32,000 nucleotides of DNA from Candidatus Heimdallarchaeota archaeon B3_Heim (GTDB lineage: Archaea > Asgardarchaeota > Heimdallarchaeia > Hodarchaeales > Hodarchaeaceae), in NCBI GenBank assembly GCA_003144275.1, contig NJBF01000020.1, positions 1 to 32,000 on the forward strand, given 5' to 3'. The position numbers and the translations under genes are program-made. Below, piece after piece: positions 17,082-27,623 of this stretch. Each line of letters opens with the position of its first letter. The stretch's first letter is position 1. Under the pieces are notes generated by a model. That model saw only the letters and a program-made list of their open reading frames with translations. It was not told the DNA's origin and did not search any database.

Positions 17082-20057
17082 TTGGATATGTCTTGCATGG
17101 TGATTAGAGAAGAAGAACCGCCATTGGTTATGACTCTCTCTACATCAAGTTTTTCTGACTTTGAAGGTAATCATGAGCTTAAATTATTACTGATTTTACT
17201 TGCAATTGATCCCTCAATTTCTGGAATCTTAATTCACGGATCTACGGGAACTGGTAAATCGTTAATTCTTCATTTTTTCCAACAACTGAAAATTCCAATG
17301 GTGAAAAATTCGACCTGCCAGTATAACTGTACCTTGGACAGCAGAGCATTATGTGGTGAGTGCTTGGATAAAAAAAATAGGGAGATTCTAATCGATCAAC
17401 AAGATTCTTTTGTTCCAATCGTTAAGATGCCTATACATGCTTCTCTAGATTCGTTAGTTGGCAGTGTCGATATCACATTAAATTTTCGTCTAGGGATTCT
17501 AGGCCAGGTGAACAACGGGTTTTTGATCTTAGACGATCTTCATCTTCTCCCTCAGGAAACCATGAATATTCTTCTAAGTGCATGGCAATTCAATAAGAAC
17601 ACTATTCAGCGAAATACACTTTCCCTTGAACACCCTAGCAATTTTTGTCTAATTGCATCAATGAATTCTCTCAATTCTGAAATTTCAGCAAGTTGGGGAG
17701 ATAAATTTGCTTTTTCTTATCAGCTAAATTATAGAAACACTATTCAAACTAGAATTGAGATTATGGAAAAGAACCTGTTCGGCAAATTTTCTTCAAATAA
17801 TTCTAAGACCACTCCATTCTTTGAAGCCTCTTCCTCTCTAATACAAGAAATTGTCCGGTCTAGAGAGAATATCCAGCATGTAACTATTCCTTCTGACTGC
17901 ATTACACTTATAGCTAGAATTTGTTCTCACTTTCAAGTAGATGGAGTTCGAGCTGATATTTCGTTAACAAAAGGAGCTAGAGCTTTAGCTAGTTTTCAAA
18001 ATTGCAACTCTGTCACAAAAGAAGACATTATCTTCTTGGTTCCGTATATTCTTGCCCATCGTATACCTTTAGATAATCCAGATGAAATTACACGGGTAAT
18101 AGACAGACTGGTAACAACTGAAAGTGCAGAATCGAAAGAAAATGAATCAAAAAATGAAGCCATTGATAAAACTCCCTTGATTAAAGGGTCTAATCATTTT
18201 TTACACAAAACGATTGAAAATTCCGTTAAGTTTGGAAGTATTATAATGATTACTTATATATTAAGTTTAATCATTGTTAGAATTCTTTCTGTACCAAGTC
18301 TACTACCAGTTATCTTTGGATTGGTATTAATATGGGGAATTTGTTCATTCTTACTTTATTTGTGGGTACAGAAAAGGCATAAACTGATGACTGAATATGG
18401 ATTAATCGAGAAAAAGGCTAAATCAACTTCAAATTTAAAATCTTTTTCCCAGGTAAAGACATTTCGATTATCTGATTCCACAAAAGAAGATAAGCGGGAT
18501 ATTAAGAGAAAAGTAGAATTTGAACTTGAGGAAGATCAATCCAACAGTGGAAAAATCCTTCGGTTTGTCGGTTTGCAGAGACGTAGAGGGCTTATTTCTT
18601 TATCTGATAGCCTACGATTTTGGATCATGATATTAGGCCTCTTTATTCTTATCATAACAATCGTGGTTTATACAATGCTTATTCTATTAGTTCCTCCTGA
18701 ATTTTGGTTGACAATTTTCTTTTTCGTTTTCATTTTATTCACAATGGGGTATCTTCGTCAATTAAATCAAGATGAATGGAAGATCAGAAGAGCTGCAGAC
18801 GTGGGTGCCTCTCTGGGGGAAACTAGTAAGAAAGTCTCAGATCTTGGAATCGGGTTGCATGTTTCACCATTGGAATTTAAACGTACAATGCAAAATACTC
18901 AGTCAAAATCTGAACAATCTATCGTGAGCAAATTAGCGAAATTAGATGTAATCAGAAAAGACACCGAGCCGCTCATGGGAAAGAGCTTTATGGGTGATTT
19001 TGGCTCTACAGGTATAGTAAACCATTCCCAGAGAGTTTTAGCCGCGAAATTTCCTCGTCAACCTACCAGAATTGATCCTAAACGTCAAGCTATGTCTGGA
19101 AAAAGAGCTCTGAGTTTAACCTCTTTACAGACAGGTAGAGTGATTGGAGATAAACCATTCAAAGATTTTCCCAAGAGCTTTCACGTACTAGCAACAATCA
19201 TTAACTCGTTGAGAAGGAATCCACCACATTTTCATGGTAGCTCTCAACAATCTTTACAATTAGAAATGAGTGATGTTCGTGAAAAGGTGTTTAGCAGTCG
19301 GGTATCAGCAATAATCATATTTGTACTTGATTTATCACAATCAATTGAGAACGTCATAAATACCGTATCATCCTCTGTTAACTGGCTTTCTCGTCAAGCA
19401 TATTTATATCGTGATAGAGTAGGACTTGTGATTTTACAAGGAACTCAAGCTCTTACCATTCAACCCCCTACTTCTAATTTAAACTTGGTTAAACGTAAAT
19501 TACGTCGTCTTCGTGTGACTGGATCGACTCCCTTACCTGCTGGTATCCAAAAAGCTATTGAGCTTATTAAAATCGAACGGATTCGAAGTAAGAATGAAGT
19601 AATTCCAATGATTATCTTAGTTACTGATGGAGCAACAAATATTCCCTTGTTGAAACATCCTGTTACAGGAATTAACCGAAATCTTCCCTTAAAAAATCTT
19701 GGTATTGACCGTGCGGTTAAGACATCCATAGAGGATTGTCTAACACTAGCTAATCAGATTAAAAGAGAAAAAATATCATTTAATATATTTAGTGCCAATA
19801 TAAAGGGTAATGATTTATTTCAAAATATCATTAATGATAATAATCAACCGACGAAAGAATTTTTAACATCTCTAATCTCTAATAAAAATTTATTTAAAGG
19901 AAAGCAATTTATTCAATTATGGTCGTATGCTTTACTAAGAACAATGCAAGAAATCACTCTAGGAAATTTATTTTTATTATCAAGTCATCTAACTGATGAG
20001 AACTTGGAAACTTTACGAATTGCAAGAGCAGAGATACTTTCCAACATAGACAGGTGA
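17082..20057 (+). CDS. ChlI/ChlD-type AAA+ - 4 TM - vWA fusion (Mg/Co-chelatase D-like, membrane anchored)
   Basis: LLLILLAIDPSISGILIHGSTGTGKS, C.YNC....LC..C, GILGQVNNGFLILDD, DGVRADI, vWA MIDAS DLSQS/GSTPL/VTDG, and four TM helices between the two domains. Confidence 0.85.
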   Translation: MDMSCMVIREEEPPLVMTLSTSSFSDFEGNHELKLLLILLAIDPSISGILIHGSTGTGKSLILHFFQQLKIPMVKNSTCQYNCTLDSRALCGECLDKKNREILIDQQDSFVPIVKMPIHASLDSLVGSVDITLNFRLGILGQVNNGFLILDDLHLLPQETMNILLSAWQFNKNTIQRNTLSLEHPSNFCLIASMNSLNSEISASWGDKFAFSYQLNYRNTIQTRIEIMEKNLFGKFSSNNSKTTPFFEASSSLIQEIVRSRENIQHVTIPSDCITLIARICSHFQVDGVRADISLTKGARALASFQNCNSVTKEDIIFLVPYILAHRIPLDNPDEITRVIDRLVTTESAESKENESKNEAIDKTPLIKGSNHFLHKTIENSVKFGSIIMITYILSLIIVRILSVPSLLPVIFGLVLIWGICSFLLYLWVQKRHKLMTEYGLIEKKAKSTSNLKSFSQVKTFRLSDSTKEDKRDIKRKVEFELEEDQSNSGKILRFVGLQRRRGLISLSDSLRFWIMILGLFILIITIVVYTMLILLVPPEFWLTIFFFVFILFTMGYLRQLNQDEWKIRRAADVGASLGETSKKVSDLGIGLHVSPLEFKRTMQNTQSKSEQSIVSKLAKLDVIRKDTEPLMGKSFMGDFGSTGIVNHSQRVLAAKFPRQPTRIDPKRQAMSGKRALSLTSLQTGRVIGDKPFKDFPKSFHVLATIINSLRRNPPHFHGSSQQSLQLEMSDVREKVFSSRVSAIIIFVLDLSQSIENVINTVSSSVNWLSRQAYLYRDRVGLVILQGTQALTIQPPTSNLNLVKRKLRRLRVTGSTPLPAGIQKAIELIKIERIRSKNEVIPMIILVTDGATNIPLLKHPVTGINRNLPLKNLGIDRAVKTSIEDCLTLANQIKREKISFNIFSANIKGNDLFQNIINDNNQPTKEFLTSLISNKNLFKGKQFIQLWSYALLRTMQEITLGNLFLLSSHLTDENLETLRIARAEILSNIDR

Positions 20058-20064
20058 ATAGATT

Positions 20065-20940
20065 TTGAGTAATATTAGTATTAACCTCTCAAAACAGGTA
20101 TTTCTTCAAGGAGAATTAATTAAAGTAAAGATACGGTATCAAAATGAAGATATTCCTATGAAAGAAGGAAAATTATCTTTTGTCGGAACTGAAAAAGTCG
20201 AATTCAATATGCAATCATTTCTCGGGAAAAAAGGATTTCAACCTATTTGGGGAGTTTTTTTACCCAGTAGACATTTTACTGAAAAAATTGTTTTCTTAGA
20301 TGAGAGTTATGATATAAATCACTCTGGAGGAGACACTGATGATATTGAAGTCGAAATTCCCACGAATGCTATTCCCTCCTATTACGGTGATAATAGCAAA
20401 GTCTCATACTTCTTGAAAGTTGAATGCATGAATACTAATAATAAATTTATTCAAGAGGAAATAGAGATTTTGGTTGATCGAGATTATCAACCCGTACAAA
20501 AAGAAGCAACGATTAATATTGAGGATGGGACTCTTTCGTTATCTTATTCAGATCCATTGATTATTAATGCTGTGAACGTTGTTAACATCACTTCTCACAA
20601 TTTAAAAATGACAAGCCCGATTCGTTTCTATTTGACAGGGGAAGAAACAGTCACAGCTTCAGGTGTTACTGTAAATAATACATTAAAAAAATTGCCTTTA
20701 GGCCAAACTTTTGCAGAAGAAGATATTGAGAATTTTGCGATGGAGTTCAAAATTCCTACTAAATATCAGCATGGATATGAAGGATTGCAATCAAGGGTTG
20801 AATATAATATTGAGCTACACTACGTAGATATCCAAACTCGATTGGGGGTCAAGCGGGAAAAAATGAAAAAAATTGACCAAATCGCGGTTCAAGTGGATGA
20901 AATGAAAACTCATACAAAAAGAAAAGGAGCAAACCTGTGA
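20065..20940 (+). CDS. Arrestin-fold protein (alpha-arrestin/Vps26/SpoOM-like), two tandem domains
   Basis: L.K.VF..GE.I.V.I, G.E.V, and IP..A.PSY.G..S.VSY.LKV; this pattern recurs in the C-terminal half. TTG start. Confidence 0.7.
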   Translation: MSNISINLSKQVFLQGELIKVKIRYQNEDIPMKEGKLSFVGTEKVEFNMQSFLGKKGFQPIWGVFLPSRHFTEKIVFLDESYDINHSGGDTDDIEVEIPTNAIPSYYGDNSKVSYFLKVECMNTNNKFIQEEIEILVDRDYQPVQKEATINIEDGTLSLSYSDPLIINAVNVVNITSHNLKMTSPIRFYLTGEETVTASGVTVNNTLKKLPLGQTFAEEDIENFAMEFKIPTKYQHGYEGLQSRVEYNIELHYVDIQTRLGVKREKMKKIDQIAVQVDEMKTHTKRKGANL

Positions 20941-20971
20941 TGTCTGACAAGATTTTAATAACAGTTAAAAC

Positions 20972-21448
20972 TTGATATTTTTTTCTCAAGATGAGATGTT
21001 TCAGCGAATTTTTGTCCCAATTAAGGATAAAATCTTTACTTGGATCTTTAGGATACTAGTTCTAAGTGTTAGTTTATCAATTATCAGTATTTTTGTGACA
21101 ACTGATATTACTCAACTTGATACACCATTTCTAGATATCTTTATTTCTTCTTTTAGCAATTTTACTTTTTTTCTTGGACTCATTGCGATTGGTGCAGGTT
21201 TAGCAATTGCAATCTTCAAACGGTCTGAACTTACTATTGATGAACAATCCTCCAAGCAGGCGTTTAAACCAAAATATAGGAAGAAAACAGATAAAATAAA
21301 AAAGATATCTGGAAAAGACGAATCTCGAATAACCCCACCATTATTTTCCCCTAGAGAGATAATACTTCTTTCTAGTGGTGGTTTATCAATTTTGATTGGA
21401 ATTCTATCTTGGTTAATTTATGCAATCATTGTGGGGTTATTTTTCTAA
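20972..21448 (+). CDS. Membrane protein (3 TM) with a Lys-rich loop
   Basis: Three hydrophobic segments. The start may be ATG20996. Confidence 0.65.
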   Translation: MIFFSQDEMFQRIFVPIKDKIFTWIFRILVLSVSLSIISIFVTTDITQLDTPFLDIFISSFSNFTFFLGLIAIGAGLAIAIFKRSELTIDEQSSKQAFKPKYRKKTDKIKKISGKDESRITPPLFSPREIILLSSGGLSILIGILSWLIYAIIVGLFF

Positions 21449-21495
21449 TAAGCCTCAAGATAAGATAATCTCTCTATAACATACAGAAATATGTT

Positions 21496-22245
21496 TCAGG
21501 GCCGCATCAGAGAGAAAAGGATGAGAATTGGAATGGGTGATAAGCCTAGTGCGATAAGAACCGCGTATATACTATAAAAATCTCTATTTTGATTGAGGAA
21601 TGAATAGATGATGATAATTATTTTTTCAAATAATAGAATTAATAGAAAATTATGAAGAACCAAATCGAGAAAAGTTAACCATTGAAAATCTATCTTTTCT
21701 GTGTTATATTTGGTATACCAAGGTGAAATATCCTGCAATCCCTCATCTAAAATGGTGATTGTTCTTCCCTCTTCTAAGTGAACTTCTACCCAAGCATGCC
21801 ACTTACCAATAACAACATAACTATCATACCCTCTGAAAGTAAGAAGGGAACAGGCAACAATGGCCCTTCCATCGCAATCATCCGACCCTCGGTTGAGAAC
21901 TTCTGAAAGACTTGGACGATAGTCCCACGAAAGATAATTAGTGATATCTTCTCCATATTCTATTTCTTGAATGGTAAATCGTCCTACAGCATATATCTCA
22001 AGTTCGATTGGATCACTGGGAAAAGACGACAATGGAACGAATTCATTTGCATAATAGTCTTCAAATTTCGCATTAAACTCCTCAATTTGAGGATTATCGG
22101 GTTGTATGGTTTCGGTAAGGGCAATCCGATTACTAATTTGTCCTGGCCAAGCGAAGGGGTTCGGAGTAAATCCTGTAAAAAGGTAAATAACTGTAACGAG
22201 TCCCGCAACGATTAATTCTTTATGAGTAATTGTAAGGGATCCCAT
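21496..22245 (-). CDS. Membrane-anchored transglutaminase-like cysteine protease
   Basis: GSDDCDGRAI...SLL..RG and HAWVEV followed by ILD give a Cys-His-Asp triad. N-terminal TM and two C-terminal TMs. Confidence 0.75.
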   Translation of the reverse strand: MGSLTITHKELIVAGLVTVIYLFTGFTPNPFAWPGQISNRIALTETIQPDNPQIEEFNAKFEDYYANEFVPLSSFPSDPIELEIYAVGRFTIQEIEYGEDITNYLSWDYRPSLSEVLNRGSDDCDGRAIVACSLLTFRGYDSYVVIGKWHAWVEVHLEEGRTITILDEGLQDISPWYTKYNTEKIDFQWLTFLDLVLHNFLLILLFEKIIIIIYSFLNQNRDFYSIYAVLIALGLSPIPILILFSLMRP

Positions 22246-22438
22246 TTTGATTCAACTAATATGAAAGGAATATTTTGACGGGGGTTTAAGATCTCAGATA
22301 GATAATAAAGGCACATAATCCATATAATAGCAGATTATTAAGTTTTATATAATTTTATACACTAATGCAATATTAATAGATAATTTTTCAAAACTTCTCT
22401 TCGTTTTACAGAAGCAATGAATGAAATCTATCACCTAG

Positions 22439-24451
22439 TTATTTATCTACTTTATTCTCCCCTTTCTCTTTAGAAATTTCTCCATCTAGTATTTGAGAAA
22501 TTTTCTCTTGAGCTGCTCTTCGTGAGGCAATAAATCGTTCTATCGAAACTTTTTCTAGTTTATCTGCCATTTCTTGGGTTAATAATCTTCGTGATGGAGT
22601 ATTTTCCAACAATCTCCGGAATTTTCCTTGATAGTGGATTGTTGTAAGTAGTAAAGTCAACATTCCTATAAAAAAGATAGGAATTATATCATAAAACTCT
22701 GGTATATTACTGTAACGCACCAAACTACTGTCAAAACTAATAATACTGTTATAGAATGTTACAGCAAGAGAATAGGCCGATATATAGTCCATTATATTAT
22801 ATGGTGCTAGAACTTTGAAGTACGATTCATTTATCGAATCAAGATATGCTTGTAAATTTCGATCATAGGCCTTAGTTTCGATCACCGCAGAAGCTTGTAG
22901 GATTTTTGCCATTCCTGCTTGAAGAAGCATATCAATTTGCCCACGTTGAACGTTATCTTTTGAAAAAATACTAAATCGGGAAGAATGCGTATAATAAGTC
23001 ATTGGATCGTTAACAAAATTGCCCAACATGCCAAATTGGAAAGGGTGCATCAATCCAATCTGATGGCCAGTTTCATGAATAATTGTTTGAGTTAATCCTT
23101 GCAAAGGCTGTGGATTAGAACGGTTATTGCCAAGCATTATTCCATAATCTTGACTGATAATTGTCATTGGCCGATTTTCAGAGTCTTTCAAAGCTATTCC
23201 CACAAGACCAGGTTCCATTTTTGCTTTTTCAGGTATAGCAAAAGTAGCATTGTCGAATAGAAACGCAATTGTTTGAAAATGTGTGGTAAAATAAGCTTGA
23301 TGATCTTGTTCCATGTATCGGTGAGTATTCGTGTATAAATGCTCATATAAAGGTATAAGATCCACAGAATATTCCCAACGTGATTGTTGATCAAACTCTC
23401 CCCAAGGTACAATGGAATCCTGAACCTTTTGGTAGAGATCTGGAATCTCTGTTAAATTTATGAAACGAACAGAAACATTGATATCCATCCAAGGTAACAC
23501 ATCCATAAATGTTTCTTTGATAAAGGAAGTATTAACAGTCCAATTAAGGGTTCCTGTGGGAATTCCAGTCATATTATTTAAGACCAAGATTTCAATTGAA
23601 AATTGCAATCCAGTACTTAAATCCCCAACAGGGGTTGGGGGAGCATAAACGAAATCTTGAACCCAAAGATTCCTTTCGATCTCATAAATCCATTCACTCA
23701 AGTATTCTGCAAGTCTTTTCTTACCGTACTCTGTAGAAAAGTCATATAGCTTTTGCATATCCTGAATAGTACTATTTTGACCACTATTTTGTAGAAGATA
23801 GGAATCTGCAGAGAGATCAAGATAGTAAAGCCGTTCCTGATCTCCATACCCAATCATGTAATTTCTATTAATCGATTCTCCAGAATCTGGGTCAATATAT
23901 GTTGCATTATACCAATGATGCGGATATTGAGTATCATCGATATTTGTAAAATTTGCTAAAATTAACGTGTAGCCAGATGTTGGAGGAGGCCCTAAATAAT
24001 TATTATAATTGGTAGATAGCCAGTCGAGTGTTAGATTTGCGGAAATATAACGACCTGTATCACTGGTACCATCAGAATGATTTATAGTGTCAGGTTTAGC
24101 CGAATTATTAAAAAATGTATACAGTGCGGTGTTAAACTCGTTTGGAGCAAGCTCATATGAATGATTAATATAAAAGGTCTTATCTGTATACTCTTGATGA
24201 AAATAGTTGTAAACATTTCTACCCAAAAGCGAGTTACCTTGAGGAAAGCCTGGAAAACCGATGAGGGGAGAAATTATTGCGGGATCAAATCCAACGAATA
24301 CGATACGAGATTCAATAGTACCAGAATCGTAAGGTGGATTTGGTAGAATAAAATATGAACCTTTTACGGTTCCAATATTTTGAGAAACCTGAAGAGATAA
24401 TATAAGGACGTATAAAATAATCATTTTTTTAGTATATGTAGCCATTCTCAT
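22439..24451 (-). CDS. Secreted, C-terminally anchored zinc metalloprotease (metzincin-like)
   Basis: Signal peptide, HETGHQIGLMH (HExxHxxGxxH), a DPMTY Met-turn-like motif, and a C-terminal TM helix. Confidence 0.8.
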   Translation of the reverse strand: MRMATYTKKMIILYVLILSLQVSQNIGTVKGSYFILPNPPYDSGTIESRIVFVGFDPAIISPLIGFPGFPQGNSLLGRNVYNYFHQEYTDKTFYINHSYELAPNEFNTALYTFFNNSAKPDTINHSDGTSDTGRYISANLTLDWLSTNYNNYLGPPPTSGYTLILANFTNIDDTQYPHHWYNATYIDPDSGESINRNYMIGYGDQERLYYLDLSADSYLLQNSGQNSTIQDMQKLYDFSTEYGKKRLAEYLSEWIYEIERNLWVQDFVYAPPTPVGDLSTGLQFSIEILVLNNMTGIPTGTLNWTVNTSFIKETFMDVLPWMDINVSVRFINLTEIPDLYQKVQDSIVPWGEFDQQSRWEYSVDLIPLYEHLYTNTHRYMEQDHQAYFTTHFQTIAFLFDNATFAIPEKAKMEPGLVGIALKDSENRPMTIISQDYGIMLGNNRSNPQPLQGLTQTIIHETGHQIGLMHPFQFGMLGNFVNDPMTYYTHSSRFSIFSKDNVQRGQIDMLLQAGMAKILQASAVIETKAYDRNLQAYLDSINESYFKVLAPYNIMDYISAYSLAVTFYNSIISFDSSLVRYSNIPEFYDIIPIFFIGMLTLLLTTIHYQGKFRRLLENTPSRRLLTQEMADKLEKVSIERFIASRRAAQEKISQILDGEISKEKGENKVDK

Positions 24452-24600
24452 TATTCCCTTTGATTTTCTGAGTTCATCTGTATATTATGAAAGGATTTGA
24501 TCATTATATCAATAAGAGAACCCAGTCTAGGATCTCTGAAAAGCCTCACGATTGAGGTAATTTACAGCACCTTAGTCGCATGATGATCCTAACACGCTAA

Positions 24601-24635
24601 TTTTTTCTTATTAAGAAAAAAAAAAGAAGAAAAAG
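24601..24635 (-). terminator. T-tract terminator of the opp operon
   Basis: CTTTTTCTTCTTTTTTTTTTCTT directly after the oppF stop on the minus strand, overlapping a 9-bp inverted repeat at 24601-24621. Confidence 0.6.
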
Positions 24636-25640
24636 CTAAAACTTGTAAGCAGTCTCCTCCAACGGAAAATGACATGCAACAAAGTGATCTGGAGCAATTT
24701 CTTCCAATGGTGGTTCTTTTTGTGAACAAATAGCTTTTGCATACATACATCTTGTGGAAAAACGACACCCTGGAGGAGGGAAAACAGGACTAGGTACATC
24801 TCCTCTCAACACTAATCGGTTCATTTTCCTCTTTAGATTCAGACTCGGTACAGCAGAGATCAAGGCTTCTGTATACGGATGACTTGGACTATGGAATAAT
24901 TCCTCTGTTGGAGCTTTTTCAACGATTTTTCCTACGTACATTACCGCAACTTCTTGTGTAAGATGTCTAACTACTCCAAGATCATGAGCTACAACTAGAT
25001 ATGTGAGATTAAACTCTTTTTGCAGATCTTGGAGTAGGTTAAGTATTTGTGCTTGAATCGATACATCTAATGCCGATACTGGCTCATCAGCGACAATAAA
25101 TCTTGGATTGAGAGCAAGTGCTCTTGCCACTCCAATTCTTTGACGTTGACCACCCGAAAACTCATGAGGAAAACGATAAAAATGATCAGGGGCCAATCCA
25201 ACCGTTTTTAAAAGATTAAAGACTATTTCAGATCGTTCAGTTGCATTTGCAACCCCATGAACTACTAAGGGTTCACCGATAATGTCACCGACACTCATCC
25301 TGGGATCTAATGAGGAATAGGGGTCCTGAAAAATAATTTGCATATCTTTTCGGAGCTGTCGGAGTTTTCTACCTTTAAGCTTCGTGATATCCCTACCCTC
25401 AAATATAATCTGGCCATCAGTAGATTCATATAACCGTAGAATACAACGGGCAGCTGTAGTTTTTCCACAACCTGATTCTCCTACAAGGCCAAGTGTAGCT
25501 CCTTTTTTTATACTGAATGAAATATCATCTACAGCTCGAAGCGTGAGTGTATCCGAAGAAAAAAGACTTTTTGCAATCTGAAAATACATTTTTAGATTCT
25601 TAACTTCAATAATGTTTCCTGATTCGCTTGATTCAATCAT
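24636..25640 (-). CDS. oppF: Oligopeptide ABC transporter ATPase OppF/DppF
   Basis: [39 protein letters not shown], and C-terminal GCRFSTRC. Start taken at MIESS (SD AGAAGGA). Confidence 0.95.
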   Translation of the reverse strand: MIESSESGNIIEVKNLKMYFQIAKSLFSSDTLTLRAVDDISFSIKKGATLGLVGESGCGKTTAARCILRLYESTDGQIIFEGRDITKLKGRKLRQLRKDMQIIFQDPYSSLDPRMSVGDIIGEPLVVHGVANATERSEIVFNLLKTVGLAPDHFYRFPHEFSGGQRQRIGVARALALNPRFIVADEPVSALDVSIQAQILNLLQDLQKEFNLTYLVVAHDLGVVRHLTQEVAVMYVGKIVEKAPTEELFHSPSHPYTEALISAVPSLNLKRKMNRLVLRGDVPSPVFPPPGCRFSTRCMYAKAICSQKEPPLEEIAPDHFVACHFPLEETAYKF

Positions 25641-25654
25641 ATTCATTCCTTCTT

Positions 25655-26638
25655 TTAACTGTAAAGATGACATGATACATAATGGCCTGGTTCGATTTCT
25701 ACCGTGTTTGGATAAGATTCTCGACATTTAGTCATTGCCTTCGAGCACCTAGGATGGAAAGGACAACCTGATGGTGGATTAATTAGATCTGGTACATCTC
25801 CTGGAATAGGCATAAGTCGTTCTCGTTTTTCTGTGATTTTAGGTATGGATGCATGTAATCCAATTGTATAGGGATGTTTTGGAGATTCAAAAATTTGTTC
25901 CACCTTCCCAAATTCACTTATTCTACCTGCATACATAACTGCAACCTTTGAACTAAGTTCAACAACAAGACCGAGGTTATGAGTGATTAATATAAGCGAT
26001 GTCTGTATTTCATCCATAAGTCTGGACATAATTTCTAGTATCTGAGCTTGAATAGTAACATCTAATGCGGTAGTCGGTTCATCAGCAATTAAGAGACTGG
26101 GGTTACATGATAGTGCCATCGCAATTCCAACACGTTGTCGCATACCTCCACTTAACTGGTGAGGGTAGTTTTCAACGCGATTTCTTGGATTTGGAAGACC
26201 CACCATACCAAAATAATCAATTACCTTTTCTAACACTTCATGTTTTGTCAGTTTTTGATGTAAGTCAATTGTTTCTGCTACCTGTTCCCCAACGGTCAAA
26301 ACTGGATTTAATGAAGTCATGGGATCTTGGAAAATCATAGAAATCCGATTACCCCGAATTGCTCTCATCTCACTCAAAGAAATTTGATTAGGACCAATCA
26401 ATTCAATTCCATCGAATTCAACTACTCCACTTTCTATTTTTCCAGGTGGAGAAGGAATTAATCGCATCAGGGAAAGGGCAGAAACACTCTTTCCACAACC
26501 TGATTCTCCAACAAGCCCAAGGCTTTCACCACGGTTTATTGTGTAAGATACTCCATTAACTGCTTTTACTACTCCTTTTTTTGTATAAAAATACGTTCTA
26601 AGGTCATTTACATCAAGTAGTGTTCCATTTGTTGCCAT
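25655..26638 (-). CDS. oppD: Oligopeptide ABC transporter ATPase OppD/DppD
   Basis: [45 protein letters not shown]. Confidence 0.95.
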   Translation of the reverse strand: MATNGTLLDVNDLRTYFYTKKGVVKAVNGVSYTINRGESLGLVGESGCGKSVSALSLMRLIPSPPGKIESGVVEFDGIELIGPNQISLSEMRAIRGNRISMIFQDPMTSLNPVLTVGEQVAETIDLHQKLTKHEVLEKVIDYFGMVGLPNPRNRVENYPHQLSGGMRQRVGIAMALSCNPSLLIADEPTTALDVTIQAQILEIMSRLMDEIQTSLILITHNLGLVVELSSKVAVMYAGRISEFGKVEQIFESPKHPYTIGLHASIPKITEKRERLMPIPGDVPDLINPPSGCPFHPRCSKAMTKCRESYPNTVEIEPGHYVSCHLYS

Positions 26639-26640
26639 TA

Positions 26641-27606
26641 TTACACATCTCTTGTTCGGGGGTCTAGAACATCACGTAGCCAATCACCGAGTAGATTGAA
26701 CCCTAATACTACAAGGAAAATTGCCAAACCAGGGAAAAACATATTCCATGGATAAATAAAGAATACTGATCTTGCTCTGTCCATATCTCCACCCCAATCT
26801 GGCACATTAGGTCGCGCACCCAAACCAATGAAGCTTAAACTGGCAGTGCTAGAAATAGCTCCACCAATTCCCATCGTGGCATAAACCAATATGATTGGGA
26901 ATACATTGGGAACAACATGCTTCACGATAATACGGGTTTCACTGGAGCCTGTTGCCCTTGCAGCATCTATAAAGTCCATTTCTCGAACTGCAAGTACAGA
27001 TCCTCGGATGATACGCGCATAGCCTGGAATCCCCATAAAACCAATGAAAAACATGGCAATCAAAAGGGTATACTTTCCCCCTTCGTTCCAAGGTTGATCA
27101 GACAATGCAGCCACAATTATAAGAAGCATGAAGAAGCTAGGAATAGCCATCCACGCATCAACAATACGCATAATGATATTATCGACTGTTCCGCCTAAGT
27201 AGCCTGATACTGCGCCTAAAGAAATACCTCCAAACAGGCCTACAGATATCGATATAAATCCAGCCCACATAGCACTTTGAGCACCATAGAGTATCCGTGA
27301 AAACACATCTTGTCCAGCCCAATCAGTCCCAAGAAGAATAGGGAAAGCGTTCTCTCCTGGTCCATCTGTCAAGGGAGGTGCATAGGACGGCATTCCATTT
27401 CTATAATCGTCCTCTGTGGGGTGATAAGGGGCAACGACAGGTGCAAACACGGCTACAAAAAAGAATACAACAATTATGATAAATCCAATGGTTGCTGTCC
27501 AATTACTTGTGAGAGATTTAAAATATGCCCATAAACGATTACGAAATCGTCTTTCTCGTTTAACTTGAGCTACCAGTTCATCTTGTGTAAGTGTACTCAT
27601 ACCCAT
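26641..27606 (-). CDS. oppC: Oligopeptide ABC transporter permease OppC/DppC
   Basis: LGTD..GQDVFSRILYG, ARIIRG.VL..RE..FIDAARA.G, SLSFIGLG, WG. Confidence 0.95.
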   Translation of the reverse strand: MGMSTLTQDELVAQVKRERRFRNRLWAYFKSLTSNWTATIGFIIIVVFFFVAVFAPVVAPYHPTEDDYRNGMPSYAPPLTDGPGENAFPILLGTDWAGQDVFSRILYGAQSAMWAGFISISVGLFGGISLGAVSGYLGGTVDNIIMRIVDAWMAIPSFFMLLIIVAALSDQPWNEGGKYTLLIAMFFIGFMGIPGYARIIRGSVLAVREMDFIDAARATGSSETRIIVKHVVPNVFPIILVYATMGIGGAISSTASLSFIGLGARPNVPDWGGDMDRARSVFFIYPWNMFFPGLAIFLVVLGFNLLGDWLRDVLDPRTRDV

Positions 27607-27623
27607 AACAGTTACCTCCGGAA

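Noticed and set aside
17082-20057. Annotation as a genuine magnesium chelatase (chlorophyll synthesis)
   Set aside because: There is no chlH/bch context, the ATPase motifs are degenerate and TM helices are inserted. The family label does not imply that function.
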